Shown piece after piece: positions 45,628-55,600 of a stretch of 64,000 nucleotides of DNA. This stretch comes from Bacillota bacterium (GTDB lineage: Bacteria > Patescibacteriota > Minisyncoccia > Phycocordibacterales > Phycocordibacteraceae). The notes beneath the pieces were generated by a model that was not told the origin of the DNA, ran no database searches, and was given only the letters and a program-made list of their open reading frames with translations. The position numbers and the translations under genes were made by a program. The stretch is from contig JBLNCF010000010.1 of the NCBI GenBank assembly GCA_050260455.1, forward strand, positions 37,653 to 101,652. Reading direction: 5' to 3'. Within the stretch, counting starts at the first letter, position 1. Each line of letters opens with the position of its first letter.

Positions 45628-46888
45628 GGCGATGTGCTTTCTGTGCGCCCGTGGAAAACGCGATGAGCTCCTCCCGAGAAACGAGGCCGGTCTGCCCAGT
45701 GCGTCGGTATGTCGACTCGATCTTTCCTGTTTCAAGCGTCTGCTTGCCGATGACCACGCGCGCAGGAATACCAATCAGGTCCGCGTCCGCGAGCTTCTCA
45801 CCCGCACGAGCATCGCGGTCGTCGTACAGCACCTCCACCCCTGCGGCCGTGAGGTCGTTATAGAGCTCATCCGCGTACTTCATGACCTCGGGATCAGGCA
45901 CGACCGGGACGAGGTGCACGAGGAACGGCGCAACCGACTCTGGCCATACCATGCCCTTATCGTCGGAAAGCGTCTCGACGATGACGCCCATGAGACGGGT
46001 CGTGCCGATACCGTAGCAGCCCTCGATTGGATACTGATCCTTCCCGTCCTGATCTTTGTACGTGAAATTGAAATCCTTGGTGTACTTACGGCCGAGATCG
46101 AAGACGTTCCCTACCTCGGAAGCCTTCGCGGTCGCAAGCGTCCCCTTCCCGCACTTCTCGCAGATATCGCCTTCTTTCTGCTTCGCCACTTCCACGTTCG
46201 CGCAGTGGGTGCAATCGGAGCAGTACACGATGTCGTCCTCACCCGCATCGGTAAGCACCATGAACTCGTACGAAAGCTTCTCGGTGAAGCTGCCGCCGGA
46301 CGCTTCCGTCACTTTAGCGGTGAGACCGCACTTCTCGTATATCTCAAGGTACTTCGCCTTTACGGTCTCGTAGAAGCGATCGAAGTCTTCTTGCGTTTCG
46401 TGGAAGCTGTACATGTCCTTCATGCCGAATTCGCGGCCGCGCATGATGCCGGACTTGGCGCGCAGCTCGTCGCGGTACTTCTGCCCTATCTGATAGAGCG
46501 CGATGGGGAGATCACGGTACGAGGAAACGTATTCCTGCGCGATGGGCGTCACGATCTCCTCTTCGCTCTGGCCGAGCGCGTACTCGCGCTCGGTGCGACT
46601 CCGTATCTTGAAGAGTACGTCTACCTTGTCCCAGCCACCCGTCTGCTTCCAGGGCTCTGCCGGGTGGAGCGTCGCCATGCGGAGCTCCTGTCCGCCCACT
46701 TCGTTCATAGCGCGGCGCACGATGTTCTCGATCCGAGCGAGCGTGCGCTGCCCGAGCGGGAGATACGAATAGACGCCGGCCATCTCCTTGTGCACGAATC
46801 CGCCGCGAATGAGGAGCTGCGCGTTCTTGGACTCTTCGTCCTTCGGTGCCTCGCGGCGTGTCCTCGTGAATAGCTGGCTCTGGCGCAT
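45620..46888 (-). CDS. proS: prolyl-tRNA synthetase, short form without the INS editing domain
   Basis: Class II motifs and the anticodon-binding domain in ~420 aa. Confidence 0.85.
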   Translation of the reverse strand: MRQSQLFTRTRREAPKDEESKNAQLLIRGGFVHKEMAGVYSYLPLGQRTLARIENIVRRAMNEVGGQELRMATLHPAEPWKQTGGWDKVDVLFKIRSRTEREYALGQSEEEIVTPIAQEYVSSYRDLPIALYQIGQKYRDELRAKSGIMRGREFGMKDMYSFHETQEDFDRFYETVKAKYLEIYEKCGLTAKVTEASGGSFTEKLSYEFMVLTDAGEDDIVYCSDCTHCANVEVAKQKEGDICEKCGKGTLATAKASEVGNVFDLGRKYTKDFNFTYKDQDGKDQYPIEGCYGIGTTRLMGVIVETLSDDKGMVWPESVAPFLVHLVPVVPDPEVMKYADELYNDLTAAGVEVLYDDRDARAGEKLADADLIGIPARVVIGKQTLETGKIESTYRRTGQTGLVSREELIAFSTGAQKAHRHG

Positions 46889-46990
46889 AGTTCCCCTAGT
46901 ATACGGCCCTCGTTTATGAAGGGCAAAAGAGTGCCGCCCGGTCCGTGGGACCGGGCGGTTACGCGAAGGTACGTGCATGGGTTCGGCAGA

Positions 46991-47599
46991 CTATCCCTGC
47001 GGGAGCACGCCGGGCGTTCCTTGCGGAAAGGTCGCCAACATGCGGGAGAAGCGTTCAGCGAGGCGCCGGAGGGCCGCTGCCATCGCCTGCTGGTCCGGAC
47101 GCGCGATGATGCTGTTGGCGTGCCCGGCAGCGAGGTGGAGACGCTCGAGCACCATGCCGCTGTAGAGCGCGAAGTCCGGAAGATACAGGCCGAACGAATT
47201 ATGTTCGAACGGCCCATCGATTCTCTTTCCCACCTGCACGACTCCCACGAACGGTCTCGGCTCGAGCCATGGCCGCATCGCTTCGTCTCGCGCGGCCTGT
47301 TTGAGCCAGTCCGCGGCGAGCGCGAGATAGGCAGGTTCGTACTCAGGTTCGAATCGAAGGACGCGGTGCGAGTGGGACGATATGCCGGTGAGTGTCCGAT
47401 AGATCTCCGTCCGCACATGCAGCAGGTGTTCCGGCAGCTTGTCTTTCGTGCCTGGAGACGAAACGATTTCGGCGACGAAATGCTCGTCGGGACTGTCCTT
47501 CACCCTGGTGAGCGCGTAGCGCACCAGGATATTATCCGGCAAAAGAGACGCTAGGTCGTCTTGCCTGGCCTGCGGTCTCTCGACCGTGTCCGTATGCAT
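46991..47599 (-). CDS. hypothetical protein
   Basis: GGGGAG SD 8 nt before the ATG at 47599; same-strand operon context. The opposite-strand ORF 46916-47554 is Arg-rich. Confidence 0.45.
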   Translation of the reverse strand: MHTDTVERPQARQDDLASLLPDNILVRYALTRVKDSPDEHFVAEIVSSPGTKDKLPEHLLHVRTEIYRTLTGISSHSHRVLRFEPEYEPAYLALAADWLKQAARDEAMRPWLEPRPFVGVVQVGKRIDGPFEHNSFGLYLPDFALYSGMVLERLHLAAGHANSIIARPDQQAMAAALRRLAERFSRMLATFPQGTPGVLPQG

Positions 47600-47672
47600 G
47601 AGGTGATCTCCCCTATCATCGACGGAACCCCCGTCTGCGCGGATAATGCAATACATCCGCGAGATACGCAAA

Positions 47673-48782
47673 TTAACCGAGTATTTTGAAAACGTCGTGA
47701 GCGGTCACTACTACCATGAGCAGTATGAGCGCCGCAAAGCCCACCATGTTCACGGCACGTGCAGCGGCAGCCGGAAGTGGTCTACGAATAACCGCCTCCA
47801 TGAGAACGAATAGAAGCCGTCCTCCATCAAGGGCCGGAACCGGGATCAGATTGATGAGGGCCAGGTTGATAGAAATAATAGCGGTGATGGTGAGGAGTGC
47901 GGCGATTCCGTGAGAGGACGCTTGCCCCACTGCTCCCGCAATACCTACGGGTCCTGCTACCTGCGAGAGATCAGCAGTGAACGTGACAATGCCATGGAAG
48001 AAATGCCAGAGGCCAGCAGCCGTCTGTTTCGTAACTTCCCAGGTTATGACGGCACCCTCTGCAGGAGCCTTCCACCATGACACCGGAACGACACCCGTGA
48101 CCGCAACCGCAACACCCAGTGCCGCGCGATCCGGTGCATCAGGAATGATGCCCGTACGGGTGGTGACCTCTACGTCATGTTCATCGCCAGAAAGGGGTGC
48201 CACATGAAGTGTGAGTGGGGTGCCGGCTTTCGTACTATCAACGAATGCAGTGAACGCATCCGGACTGTTTCCGGTGTATGCACCTCCTGGGCTTCGCACC
48301 GAAACGATTCGATCGCCGGGCGCAATTCCCGCTTCTGCGGCCGGTGAACCGGGCAGTACCCGCGCCACCGTAAGCGCTACATCCTTGGCAACCGGAATCT
48401 GTTCATCAGTGAGTGCGCGTGGCGTTCCGATAGCAAGCGTTGCTGAAAGAAGCACCCATGCGAAGAGAAGGTTCATCGCAATACCCGCAAGCAGCACCAA
48501 TGCCTGGAGAATACGAGGGCGCGCGCCGAATGCACGATCGGCTTCGGGACCAGGCGGGACATGGTCCTGTTCATCCTCGCCATAGATGCGGACGAAGCCA
48601 CCGAACGGCAACCAGTTGAGCGTATAGTCAGTTTCTCCAAACTTCTTTCCCCACGCGCGCGGGGGATAACCCAAACCGAACTCCTCCACTTTCATTCCCG
48701 ACAGCTTCGCCACAACGAAGTGTCCAAACTCGTGCACCACAATGAGTGCAACGAGAACGAGAATGAAGAGAAGAATCGTCAT
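47673..48782 (-). CDS. rseP: site-2 protease RseP (M50) with PDZ domain
   Basis: HEFGHF zinc site. Confidence 0.85.
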   Translation of the reverse strand: MTILLFILVLVALIVVHEFGHFVVAKLSGMKVEEFGLGYPPRAWGKKFGETDYTLNWLPFGGFVRIYGEDEQDHVPPGPEADRAFGARPRILQALVLLAGIAMNLLFAWVLLSATLAIGTPRALTDEQIPVAKDVALTVARVLPGSPAAEAGIAPGDRIVSVRSPGGAYTGNSPDAFTAFVDSTKAGTPLTLHVAPLSGDEHDVEVTTRTGIIPDAPDRAALGVAVAVTGVVPVSWWKAPAEGAVITWEVTKQTAAGLWHFFHGIVTFTADLSQVAGPVGIAGAVGQASSHGIAALLTITAIISINLALINLIPVPALDGGRLLFVLMEAVIRRPLPAAAARAVNMVGFAALILLMVVVTAHDVFKILG

Positions 48783-48785
48783 GCG

Positions 48786-49337
48786 CTACTGTGCAATCTC
48801 TGTTTCTTTTTTCTTGGCGAGCGCTTCGAGCGCGTCGTTGCCGGAATCAATAAGCTTCTGGAGTTCCTCCTTGTATCGCTTCAGGTCGTCCTGACTCATA
48901 CCACCTTCCTTTTCCGCAGCCTCAAGTTCCTTGAGTCCGTCGGTGCGATGACCACGGAGTGTCACACGTGCCTGCTCAAGCTTGTCTTTGGCGAGCTTCA
49001 CGAGCATAGTGCGCCGCTCGGCGGTGAGTTCCGGAAAGGTCACGCGCGCACCCATCTCATCGGCGCCGACACCCACACCCAAATCGGCATCAGTGATGGC
49101 CTTCTCGATATTCTTGGTAAGACTCTTGTCCCACGGCATGATGCGCAGAGTACGTGCATCCTCCACGGTGATACTTGCGAGCTGCGTAAGCGGCGTCGCA
49201 ACGCCGTATGCTTCTGCTTTCACATTATCGAGGAGTGCAGGAGCGGCGCGGCCGGTACGGATACCCGTGAATTCGCGCTGGAGCCATTCTTCGGTCTCCT
49301 TAATGTGGGTTTTCAGTTTTGAAAAGTCGTATGCCAT
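48786..49337 (-). CDS. frr: ribosome recycling factor
   Basis: Full-length Frr pattern. Confidence 0.9.
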   Translation of the reverse strand: MAYDFSKLKTHIKETEEWLQREFTGIRTGRAAPALLDNVKAEAYGVATPLTQLASITVEDARTLRIMPWDKSLTKNIEKAITDADLGVGVGADEMGARVTFPELTAERRTMLVKLAKDKLEQARVTLRGHRTDGLKELEAAEKEGGMSQDDLKRYKEELQKLIDSGNDALEALAKKKETEIAQ

Positions 49338-49366
49338 GGGCCCTAGTGTAGCAAATCAGGACTTTA

Positions 49367-50041
49367 TTATCGAAATGCCGGCATGGTGATGAGGATGTGC
49401 TCAAAGATGAGTTTCAGAGGTGCGGACCGTTCGTGAAGAATGGGAATAAAACGATCGAGATCGCGTGCAAAGAGTGTGAGATCCTCTGATGGTTTTTGGT
49501 TGAGCGATGCATACGTCGCAGCCAGTAGTCCCTCAAGAAGACGGAGTGCTTCCCCACGCGCAGCCTGCTTCTCCTCATCCTTGTCGGACTTCGCACGATC
49601 GAGAAGCTTCCCTACGAGCTTCTCCCGCTCATCAGAAGACGCGGCGATGAACGCCTGTGCTTCAGGAGCGATTGCTGTTTCAGCAGAAGCGAGTTCAACC
49701 ATGCGTGAACGGAGTGTCGGCAGGATGACACCCATCGAAGGAATGACGAGCACAAGCGTAGTACCAGCAGGCGGTTCTTCAAAGAGTTTCAGGAGGGCGT
49801 TCTGTGCTTCATGAAAAAGTCGCTCAACAGCGATGATGATGAGCTTCTTCTCGCCCACTGCCGCCTGCTCCCCCAGGCGAATGACTCGCCGAGCATCATC
49901 GACCGAGAAGAGACCGTAGCGGAACACTATGACATCAGGGTTATTAACAGAGACGAGATTGAGCTCACGCTCGCCATACGACAATGCGGCAGCGATGCCT
50001 TGCTCGCGATCTCCTGCGAAATAATAGGCGTGATGAGCCAT
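49367..50041 (-). CDS. holB: DNA polymerase III delta' subunit-like (short)
   Basis: LKLFEEPP and LPTLRSR motifs; only 224 aa. Confidence 0.7.
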   Translation of the reverse strand: MAHHAYYFAGDREQGIAAALSYGERELNLVSVNNPDVIVFRYGLFSVDDARRVIRLGEQAAVGEKKLIIIAVERLFHEAQNALLKLFEEPPAGTTLVLVIPSMGVILPTLRSRMVELASAETAIAPEAQAFIAASSDEREKLVGKLLDRAKSDKDEEKQAARGEALRLLEGLLAATYASLNQKPSEDLTLFARDLDRFIPILHERSAPLKLIFEHILITMPAFR

Positions 50042-50155
50042 GCATCAGTAGTATACGTTGTCCCCCTCCCTCCTTTGCAAAGCGTACGAACGGGAGTGTA
50101 ATGGAAGGAGTGAGGCCATTCCGGCTCTCCAGTGCCCTAAGGAGGGGTAACCCCA

Positions 50156-50650
50156 ATGCGCCGTGTACTTTTTGCTTGCGCTATCTGGGCTCTCGTGTCT
50201 CCCGCGCTGGCCCAAACGTCCGATTTCGCCCGCCTCTCCCCGCTTGATGCCGCCGTGTTCGCTAAACCCTTGGCTGCGCGACTGTCGGTGAATCCGGATT
50301 ACGCTCCGCTGCGGCCTGCGGGCCACATGCAGTTCATTCCGGTTTCGGAGAGTTACGTGTCGCCCAACATCCTCGAGCGTTTCCGTGAGGTACGTCGATA
50401 TGGCGGTCGGCTCAGCGTCACGTTCCTCGATACTGGGCTACTGCTCGAAGGTGAAGGAGCGCGCGACTACGGGCCAGCTGCGAAGAAACTCGACATCGGC
50501 CGCCTCCGGCTCTCGAAGGAACTCAAGAACGGCTACAGTGCAGGACTTGAGGTGGGTGCCTACCGCGGATATCCAGAAGACATCCACTTCCATCACGAGC
50601 ATGTGGATCGGGACTACACGGTCGGCTTCCATGTGACCCGGTCCTGGTAG
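50156..50650 (+). CDS. secreted hypothetical protein
   Basis: Signal peptide ending ...SPALA. Confidence 0.55.
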   Translation: MRRVLFACAIWALVSPALAQTSDFARLSPLDAAVFAKPLAARLSVNPDYAPLRPAGHMQFIPVSESYVSPNILERFREVRRYGGRLSVTFLDTGLLLEGEGARDYGPAAKKLDIGRLRLSKELKNGYSAGLEVGAYRGYPEDIHFHHEHVDRDYTVGFHVTRSW

Positions 50651-50716
50651 CGAAAGCTCTATAGAGGACGAGGAGGTCCGCGTTTCTGCGCGGGCCTTTT
50701 CTCTTTTTACTCCACC

Positions 50717-51730
50717 CTACTTCTTCGAGATGATGCTCTTCTTGTAGGTATCGAGGTGACGAAGCGCCACACCCGTACCACGCGCGACGCAGTAGTAGGC
50801 GTCGTCCGCGAGCTCGGCGCGCACGCCGGTGCGGCGCAGCACCAGCTCCGGCAAGTGGCGGAGCTGCGAGGTGCCGCCCGTGAGGATGATGCCGTTGTCG
50901 ATGATGTCGGAGGCGAGCTCGGGCGGGGTCTCCTGCAGCACTTTGCGGACTGCCCCCATCATCTCGCGAAGTTCGCGATTCATCGCCTGCACGATTTCGT
51001 TGGTTTTCAGCTCTATCGTACGTGGGAGCCCCGTGACCAGGTCGCGTCCTTTCACCGGCATGCCGATCTCTTCGGAGAGCGGCACGGCCGCACCGATCTG
51101 GATTTTGATTTCCTCCGCGGTCTTATCGCCGATAGCGAGGTTGTACTGCTTCTTCACATGATCAACGATGGCGCGATCAAGACGATTGCCAGCGCACTTC
51201 ACTGACGTGGACGCAACGATACCGCCGAGCGAAATCACGGCGACATCGATGGTGCCGCCACCAAGGTCTGCGACCATACGGCCCATCGGTTCCTGAATCG
51301 GAATACCTGCACCAATAGCAGCGAGGATAGGTTCCTTCACCACGTACGCATCCTTTGCTCCTGCCTTCACGGCCGCTTCGATCACCGCACGCTTCTCGGT
51401 AGAGGTCACACCCGCAGGCACCGACACGAGCACAGTCGGCTTAAACATGTTGTACCGGCCGAGCGCCTTTCTCATGAAGTAGCGCAGCATTGCTTCGGTC
51501 ACGCGATAGTCGGCGATGACGCCGTCCTTCATGGGGCGGTAGGCAGTGATGCCGTCCGGGGTGCGCCCGATCATCTGCTTGGCTTCGCTCCCGATGGCAA
51601 GCACCTTGTTATTGTCGGCTGAAACGGCGACCACCGAGGGTTCGTTCAGCACCACACCCTTCTCCGGCAGGAACACAAGTACGTTAGTGGTACCGAGATC
51701 AATGCCGAGTTTGGGGGAGAGCATGGCCAT
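50717..51730 (-). CDS. mreB: second MreB/Mbl-family actin homolog
   Basis: LGIDLGTTNVLVFL, DLGGGTID motifs. Start at the Met of MAMLSPK. Confidence 0.85.
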   Translation of the reverse strand: MAMLSPKLGIDLGTTNVLVFLPEKGVVLNEPSVVAVSADNNKVLAIGSEAKQMIGRTPDGITAYRPMKDGVIADYRVTEAMLRYFMRKALGRYNMFKPTVLVSVPAGVTSTEKRAVIEAAVKAGAKDAYVVKEPILAAIGAGIPIQEPMGRMVADLGGGTIDVAVISLGGIVASTSVKCAGNRLDRAIVDHVKKQYNLAIGDKTAEEIKIQIGAAVPLSEEIGMPVKGRDLVTGLPRTIELKTNEIVQAMNRELREMMGAVRKVLQETPPELASDIIDNGIILTGGTSQLRHLPELVLRRTGVRAELADDAYYCVARGTGVALRHLDTYKKSIISKK

Positions 51731-51829
51731 GTCCCGCGTATCATACCGCGTCCATTTCTCGATGGGCAACTTTTCGCCTTTGGGGATACAGCGCGCATCA
51801 GATACAATGCCCGCATGCCCGGAGAGGAA

Positions 51830-53122
51830 ATGAACTTCAAGGTGGAAGGCGGCCATCCGCTTTCCGGTTCCATCCTCACCAACCGCTCCAAGAACGGCGC
51901 TGTTGCACTACTTGCCGCTTCGCTCCTCAACAGCGGCACCACAACCCTCAAGAAGGTACCCAAGATCGAGGAAGTGAACCGCCTCGTCGAGGTGCTCGAA
52001 TCCATCGGTGTCACTATCGAACGCGATGGACACACCATGCGACTGACACCTCCGGCAGAGATCACACTCGATACCATCGACCGCGCGGCTGCAGTGCGTA
52101 CCCGAAGCATCCTGATGTTCATCGGTCCCCTCCTCCATCGATTCAAATCCTTTGATCTCCCGCAGTCAGGAGGCTGCAACTTCGGTACACGAAGCGTGCG
52201 CCCGCACCTCTGGGCTCTTGAGAAATTCGGTGTGGGCATTGAGGCACTCACCGACAGTTTCCATATAACGCACGATGGTCTCTCGCCTGCTACCGTCGTT
52301 CTCTACGAATCGAGCGACACCGGCACCATCAATTCCCTCTTTGCTGCAGCCGGCATTCCTGGCACCTCCATCATCAAATACGCTTCCGCCAACTACCAGG
52401 TACAGGAAGTTTGCGGCTACCTGAAGGCGCTCGGCGTCGAGATTTCTGGCATCGGCACCACCACCCTTACCGTTACCGGAAAGGCCAACATTGCCATGGA
52501 TGTGGAGTACACGGTCGCCGAGGATCCGACCGATGCGATGTTCTTCCTCGCAAGCGGTATCGTCACTCGTTCGTCGCTCACCATCGAAAAAGCTCCCATC
52601 GAGTTTCTTGAGATAGAACTCGCCGTGCTTGAGAAAATGGGTCTCTCCTTCACCGTGACCGACGCCGGTATCTCGGAGAACGGCATCACGAAACTTGCCG
52701 ATATCCATATCGAGCCGTCAGAGCTGGCTGCGTTCCCCGAAAAGATACATGCGCGTCCGTACCCCGGACTCAACATTGATAACCTACCTTTCTTTGCAGT
52801 CATTGCGACCCAGGCCGCAGGCACCACGCTCATCCACGACTGGACCTTCGAGAAACGCGCCATCTACTACACCGAGCTCGATCGTCTGGGTGCAGAGACC
52901 GTGCTCTTCGACCCACACCGCATTGAGATCCTCGGTCCGCGTCATTTACGCGGCGCTGAACTGGTGTGCCCACCTGCACTTCGTCCTGCAACCATTCTCC
53001 TCATCGGTATGCTGGCCGCAACCGGTTCATCCATCCTGCGCAACGTATACAGCATCAATCGCGGATACGAGGATTTGGTCAATCGTCTCCAGTCCATCGG
53101 CGGCAGAATCGAACACGCCTAG
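51830..53122 (+). CDS. murA: UDP-N-acetylglucosamine 1-carboxyvinyltransferase
   Basis: N-terminal MurA pattern (K.EGG..L.G...). Confidence 0.85.
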   Translation: MNFKVEGGHPLSGSILTNRSKNGAVALLAASLLNSGTTTLKKVPKIEEVNRLVEVLESIGVTIERDGHTMRLTPPAEITLDTIDRAAAVRTRSILMFIGPLLHRFKSFDLPQSGGCNFGTRSVRPHLWALEKFGVGIEALTDSFHITHDGLSPATVVLYESSDTGTINSLFAAAGIPGTSIIKYASANYQVQEVCGYLKALGVEISGIGTTTLTVTGKANIAMDVEYTVAEDPTDAMFFLASGIVTRSSLTIEKAPIEFLEIELAVLEKMGLSFTVTDAGISENGITKLADIHIEPSELAAFPEKIHARPYPGLNIDNLPFFAVIATQAAGTTLIHDWTFEKRAIYYTELDRLGAETVLFDPHRIEILGPRHLRGAELVCPPALRPATILLIGMLAATGSSILRNVYSINRGYEDLVNRLQSIGGRIEHA

Positions 53123-53138
53123 CTGATAGAATGGAGGC

Positions 53139-53429
53139 ATGAAGCCCATCGGCGATTTCCTCCCTAAGGACCTCAATAACCTCGACAAGAAATCAAAGAA
53201 AACCGAGCGCGGTGAGCTCATGCGCTTCTTCCAGCGCCACCTCAACTACGGACGCGCACGTGATGGTCTCCCGCTCATTACTATGAGCCGCATGGGCAAG
53301 ATCCTCGAAGGCATTCCCACAGACGATCTCTACTACCTGAAGAGCGTCTGCAGTCGCTCCAAGAATTTCAGTAAGAAATTCTGGTGGGAAATAGACCCCA
53401 AGAAGCACCAGGACGAGAACCCGTTCTAG
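53139..53429 (+). CDS. hypothetical basic protein
   Basis: 96-aa ORF. Confidence 0.4.
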   Translation: MKPIGDFLPKDLNNLDKKSKKTERGELMRFFQRHLNYGRARDGLPLITMSRMGKILEGIPTDDLYYLKSVCSRSKNFSKKFWWEIDPKKHQDENPF

Positions 53430-53606
53430 GGTTTACACTCTCATATACTCGTTGTACAATCAGGTTGGGTCGCTGTATAGCTTGCACCTGGGAGCGCGCG
53501 GGGGGCGGTTCTTGCTCCCCCAGGACCGGATGCTCCGCGCGCCTCTCCCTTCCCCACGTCGGTCAGTACGGCCGGCGTTTTTTCTTTTCTTTGCTATAGT
53601 CCCGGT

Positions 53607-54131
53607 ATGGTACCCATAGTCCAAGAAGGTGACCCGGTCCTGCGAAATGTCGCGGAGGCAGTACCTGCTGCCATGTTCGGTACCCCCGAACTCGCACAGA
53701 TGCTTTCGGACATGACCGAAGCGCTTGATGCACAGCCTGATGGCGTGGCGCTCGCAGCCCCCCAGATCGCGATTCCCTACCGCATCTTCATCGTGCGGTA
53801 TGACCGCATGGATCCGCATCATGATCCGGAAAAACGTCTCCCTGCTGATGTGGGCGTATTCATTAATCCAGAGATTGTGAAGTCCTCCCGCGCTCGCGAA
53901 GAGATGCAGGAAGGCTGCCTGTCGGTACGCGGGATCTATGGCACCACCGTACGCCACTCACGGGCGACCGTGCGTGCGCAAGATGAAATAGGTCGTACCT
54001 TCACGCGTGGCGCGAGCGGCATTTTGGCCCAGGCATTCCAGCACGAGATAGATCATTTGGACGGCATGCTGTTTATCGACCACGCGATTGAGACGCATGA
54101 CCAGTCGCATGACGACCATGCAGCCGAGTAA
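53607..54131 (+). CDS. def: peptide deformylase
   Basis: GVALAAPQI, EGCLS, HEIDH motifs. Confidence 0.9.
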   Translation: MVPIVQEGDPVLRNVAEAVPAAMFGTPELAQMLSDMTEALDAQPDGVALAAPQIAIPYRIFIVRYDRMDPHHDPEKRLPADVGVFINPEIVKSSRAREEMQEGCLSVRGIYGTTVRHSRATVRAQDEIGRTFTRGASGILAQAFQHEIDHLDGMLFIDHAIETHDQSHDDHAAE

Positions 54132-55005
54132 CCCACGCTTTGCGTTCTTCGGAACACCCTACGTCGCAAAAGACACACTCGCGGCGCTTGTCGATGCTGG
54201 TTACATCCCCGCAGTTGTTATCACCTCCCCAGACAAGCATCAGGGTCGCGGTCTGACACTTACTCCTTGTCCTACCAAAGCGTGGGCGCTTGAGCACCAT
54301 CTCCCCGTCATCACTCCCGAGAAACTCACGCACGAAGCCATCTCTGATATTAAGGAATATGGATGCGAGTACGCGCTCGTAGTTGCGTACGGCAAGATTC
54401 TTCCCGAGTCACTCATCCATTCGTTCCCCAAGGGGGTACTCAATGTGCACTATTCCCTGCTGCCAAAGTATCGTGGTGCCTCACCGGTAGAAGCAGCACT
54501 TCTTAACGGTGACACGGTAACGGGTGTCTCCATCCAGAAGATGGTCAAAGAACTCGATGCTGGTGATGTACTCACCTCCCGTGAGGTGGCTATAGACCCT
54601 GACGAAACAACGCGTGAGTTACGTCCACGACTTATCGAAGAAGGAGCCCGTCTTCTTATCGATTCTCTCCCGGCATTTATCAGAGGTACCGCATCCTTCA
54701 CGCCCCAAGATGAATCCCAGGCAACAAAGTGCGGCAAGATAGCCAAGGAATCCGGTGAACTCACCTTCCCGGGTGATCCTCTCGGGAACTGGAACAAGTA
54801 CCGTGCATACGCGGAATCCCCGGGGACCTATTTCTATATGATCCGTGACGGCAAACGATTCCGCGTGAAGGTAAAGAGTGCGGAATTCAAGCACGGGCAT
54901 TTCACACCACTGCGCGTCGTGCCCGAAGGAAAGAAAGAGATGGACTACGCGGCACTCACCATGACCGCGCGCCCGCTCTACGAGAACGAACGCGAAGCGC
55001 TTTAA
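54088..55005 (+). CDS. fmt: methionyl-tRNA formyltransferase
   Basis: N-terminal formyltransferase fold; overlaps the end of def. Confidence 0.85.
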   Translation: MRRMTSRMTTMQPSNPRFAFFGTPYVAKDTLAALVDAGYIPAVVITSPDKHQGRGLTLTPCPTKAWALEHHLPVITPEKLTHEAISDIKEYGCEYALVVAYGKILPESLIHSFPKGVLNVHYSLLPKYRGASPVEAALLNGDTVTGVSIQKMVKELDAGDVLTSREVAIDPDETTRELRPRLIEEGARLLIDSLPAFIRGTASFTPQDESQATKCGKIAKESGELTFPGDPLGNWNKYRAYAESPGTYFYMIRDGKRFRVKVKSAEFKHGHFTPLRVVPEGKKEMDYAALTMTARPLYENEREAL

Positions 55006-55361
55006 CCAAACCGCAGCATCTCCTTCACCTTCGCTCCCACGCGTTTGGGGAGCGTGTGTCGTTTCTTGTGGTCGCGGCGCAACTCTTTAGCAAGCTCGGC
55101 AGTCATCCGATCAAGCGCATTACGCAATGTTTCTGCCTCGGCTTTGGCGTAATATCGCCTGCCTTCTACATCAAAATTGCAGTCGGCATACCAGACGTTG
55201 CCGTTCTGGTGCGCTTCTGTGAGCCGACCCATGTCCAGGTACGCCATGGGTTCCTGGTCGGATTGTGCACAATATTTCTCGAGTCCTTCGATCTTGCGAG
55301 TGGCAAGATCGGTCACGTCCGGCGTAAGCTCATAATTGGTTCCCTTGAATTGTATTTGCAT
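55002..55361 (-). CDS. hpf: ribosome hibernation promoting factor (short HPF/RaiA)
   Basis: MQIQFKGTNYELTPDV... Confidence 0.8.
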   Translation of the reverse strand: MQIQFKGTNYELTPDVTDLATRKIEGLEKYCAQSDQEPMAYLDMGRLTEAHQNGNVWYADCNFDVEGRRYYAKAEAETLRNALDRMTAELAKELRRDHKKRHTLPKRVGAKVKEMLRFG

Positions 55362-55375
55362 AGCATCAAGGTTAG

Positions 55376-55600
55376 CTAATCAAGATCTACGCTAAGTAGT
55401 TTAGAACGGGAGTGATGGCCGCTCAGGATACGAACCGATGCGAGCGAGATCGAAAGTTCTCGCGCCACAAGGACGCGGATCCGTTCATTAGCGAGATTGT
55501 GCTGTGCGGGTTCCCGCACAGTGATACGCCACGCGTCGTCCTTCTCTTTCGTGATCTCCTCCCGTTTACCGCCGGGCGTGGCCGTTATCCTGATATACAT
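55376..55600 (-). CDS. DUF167 (YggU) family protein
   Basis: Size and pattern fit. Confidence 0.6.
   Translation of the reverse strand: MYIRITATPGGKREEITKEKDDAWRITVREPAQHNLANERIRVLVARELSISLASVRILSGHHSRSKLLSVDLD

Noticed and set aside
45236-46873. 545-aa ORF on the plus strand
   Set aside because: Antisense to mreB and proS, which both have clear family motifs. The product is Arg/Leu-rich. A shadow ORF in high-GC DNA.
46916-47554. 212-aa plus-strand ORF competing with the minus-strand hypothetical
   Set aside because: Extremely Arg-rich (typical of a wrong frame in GC-rich DNA). It is opposite to the operon direction and lacks an SD, while the minus-strand frame has GGGGAG plus ATG.
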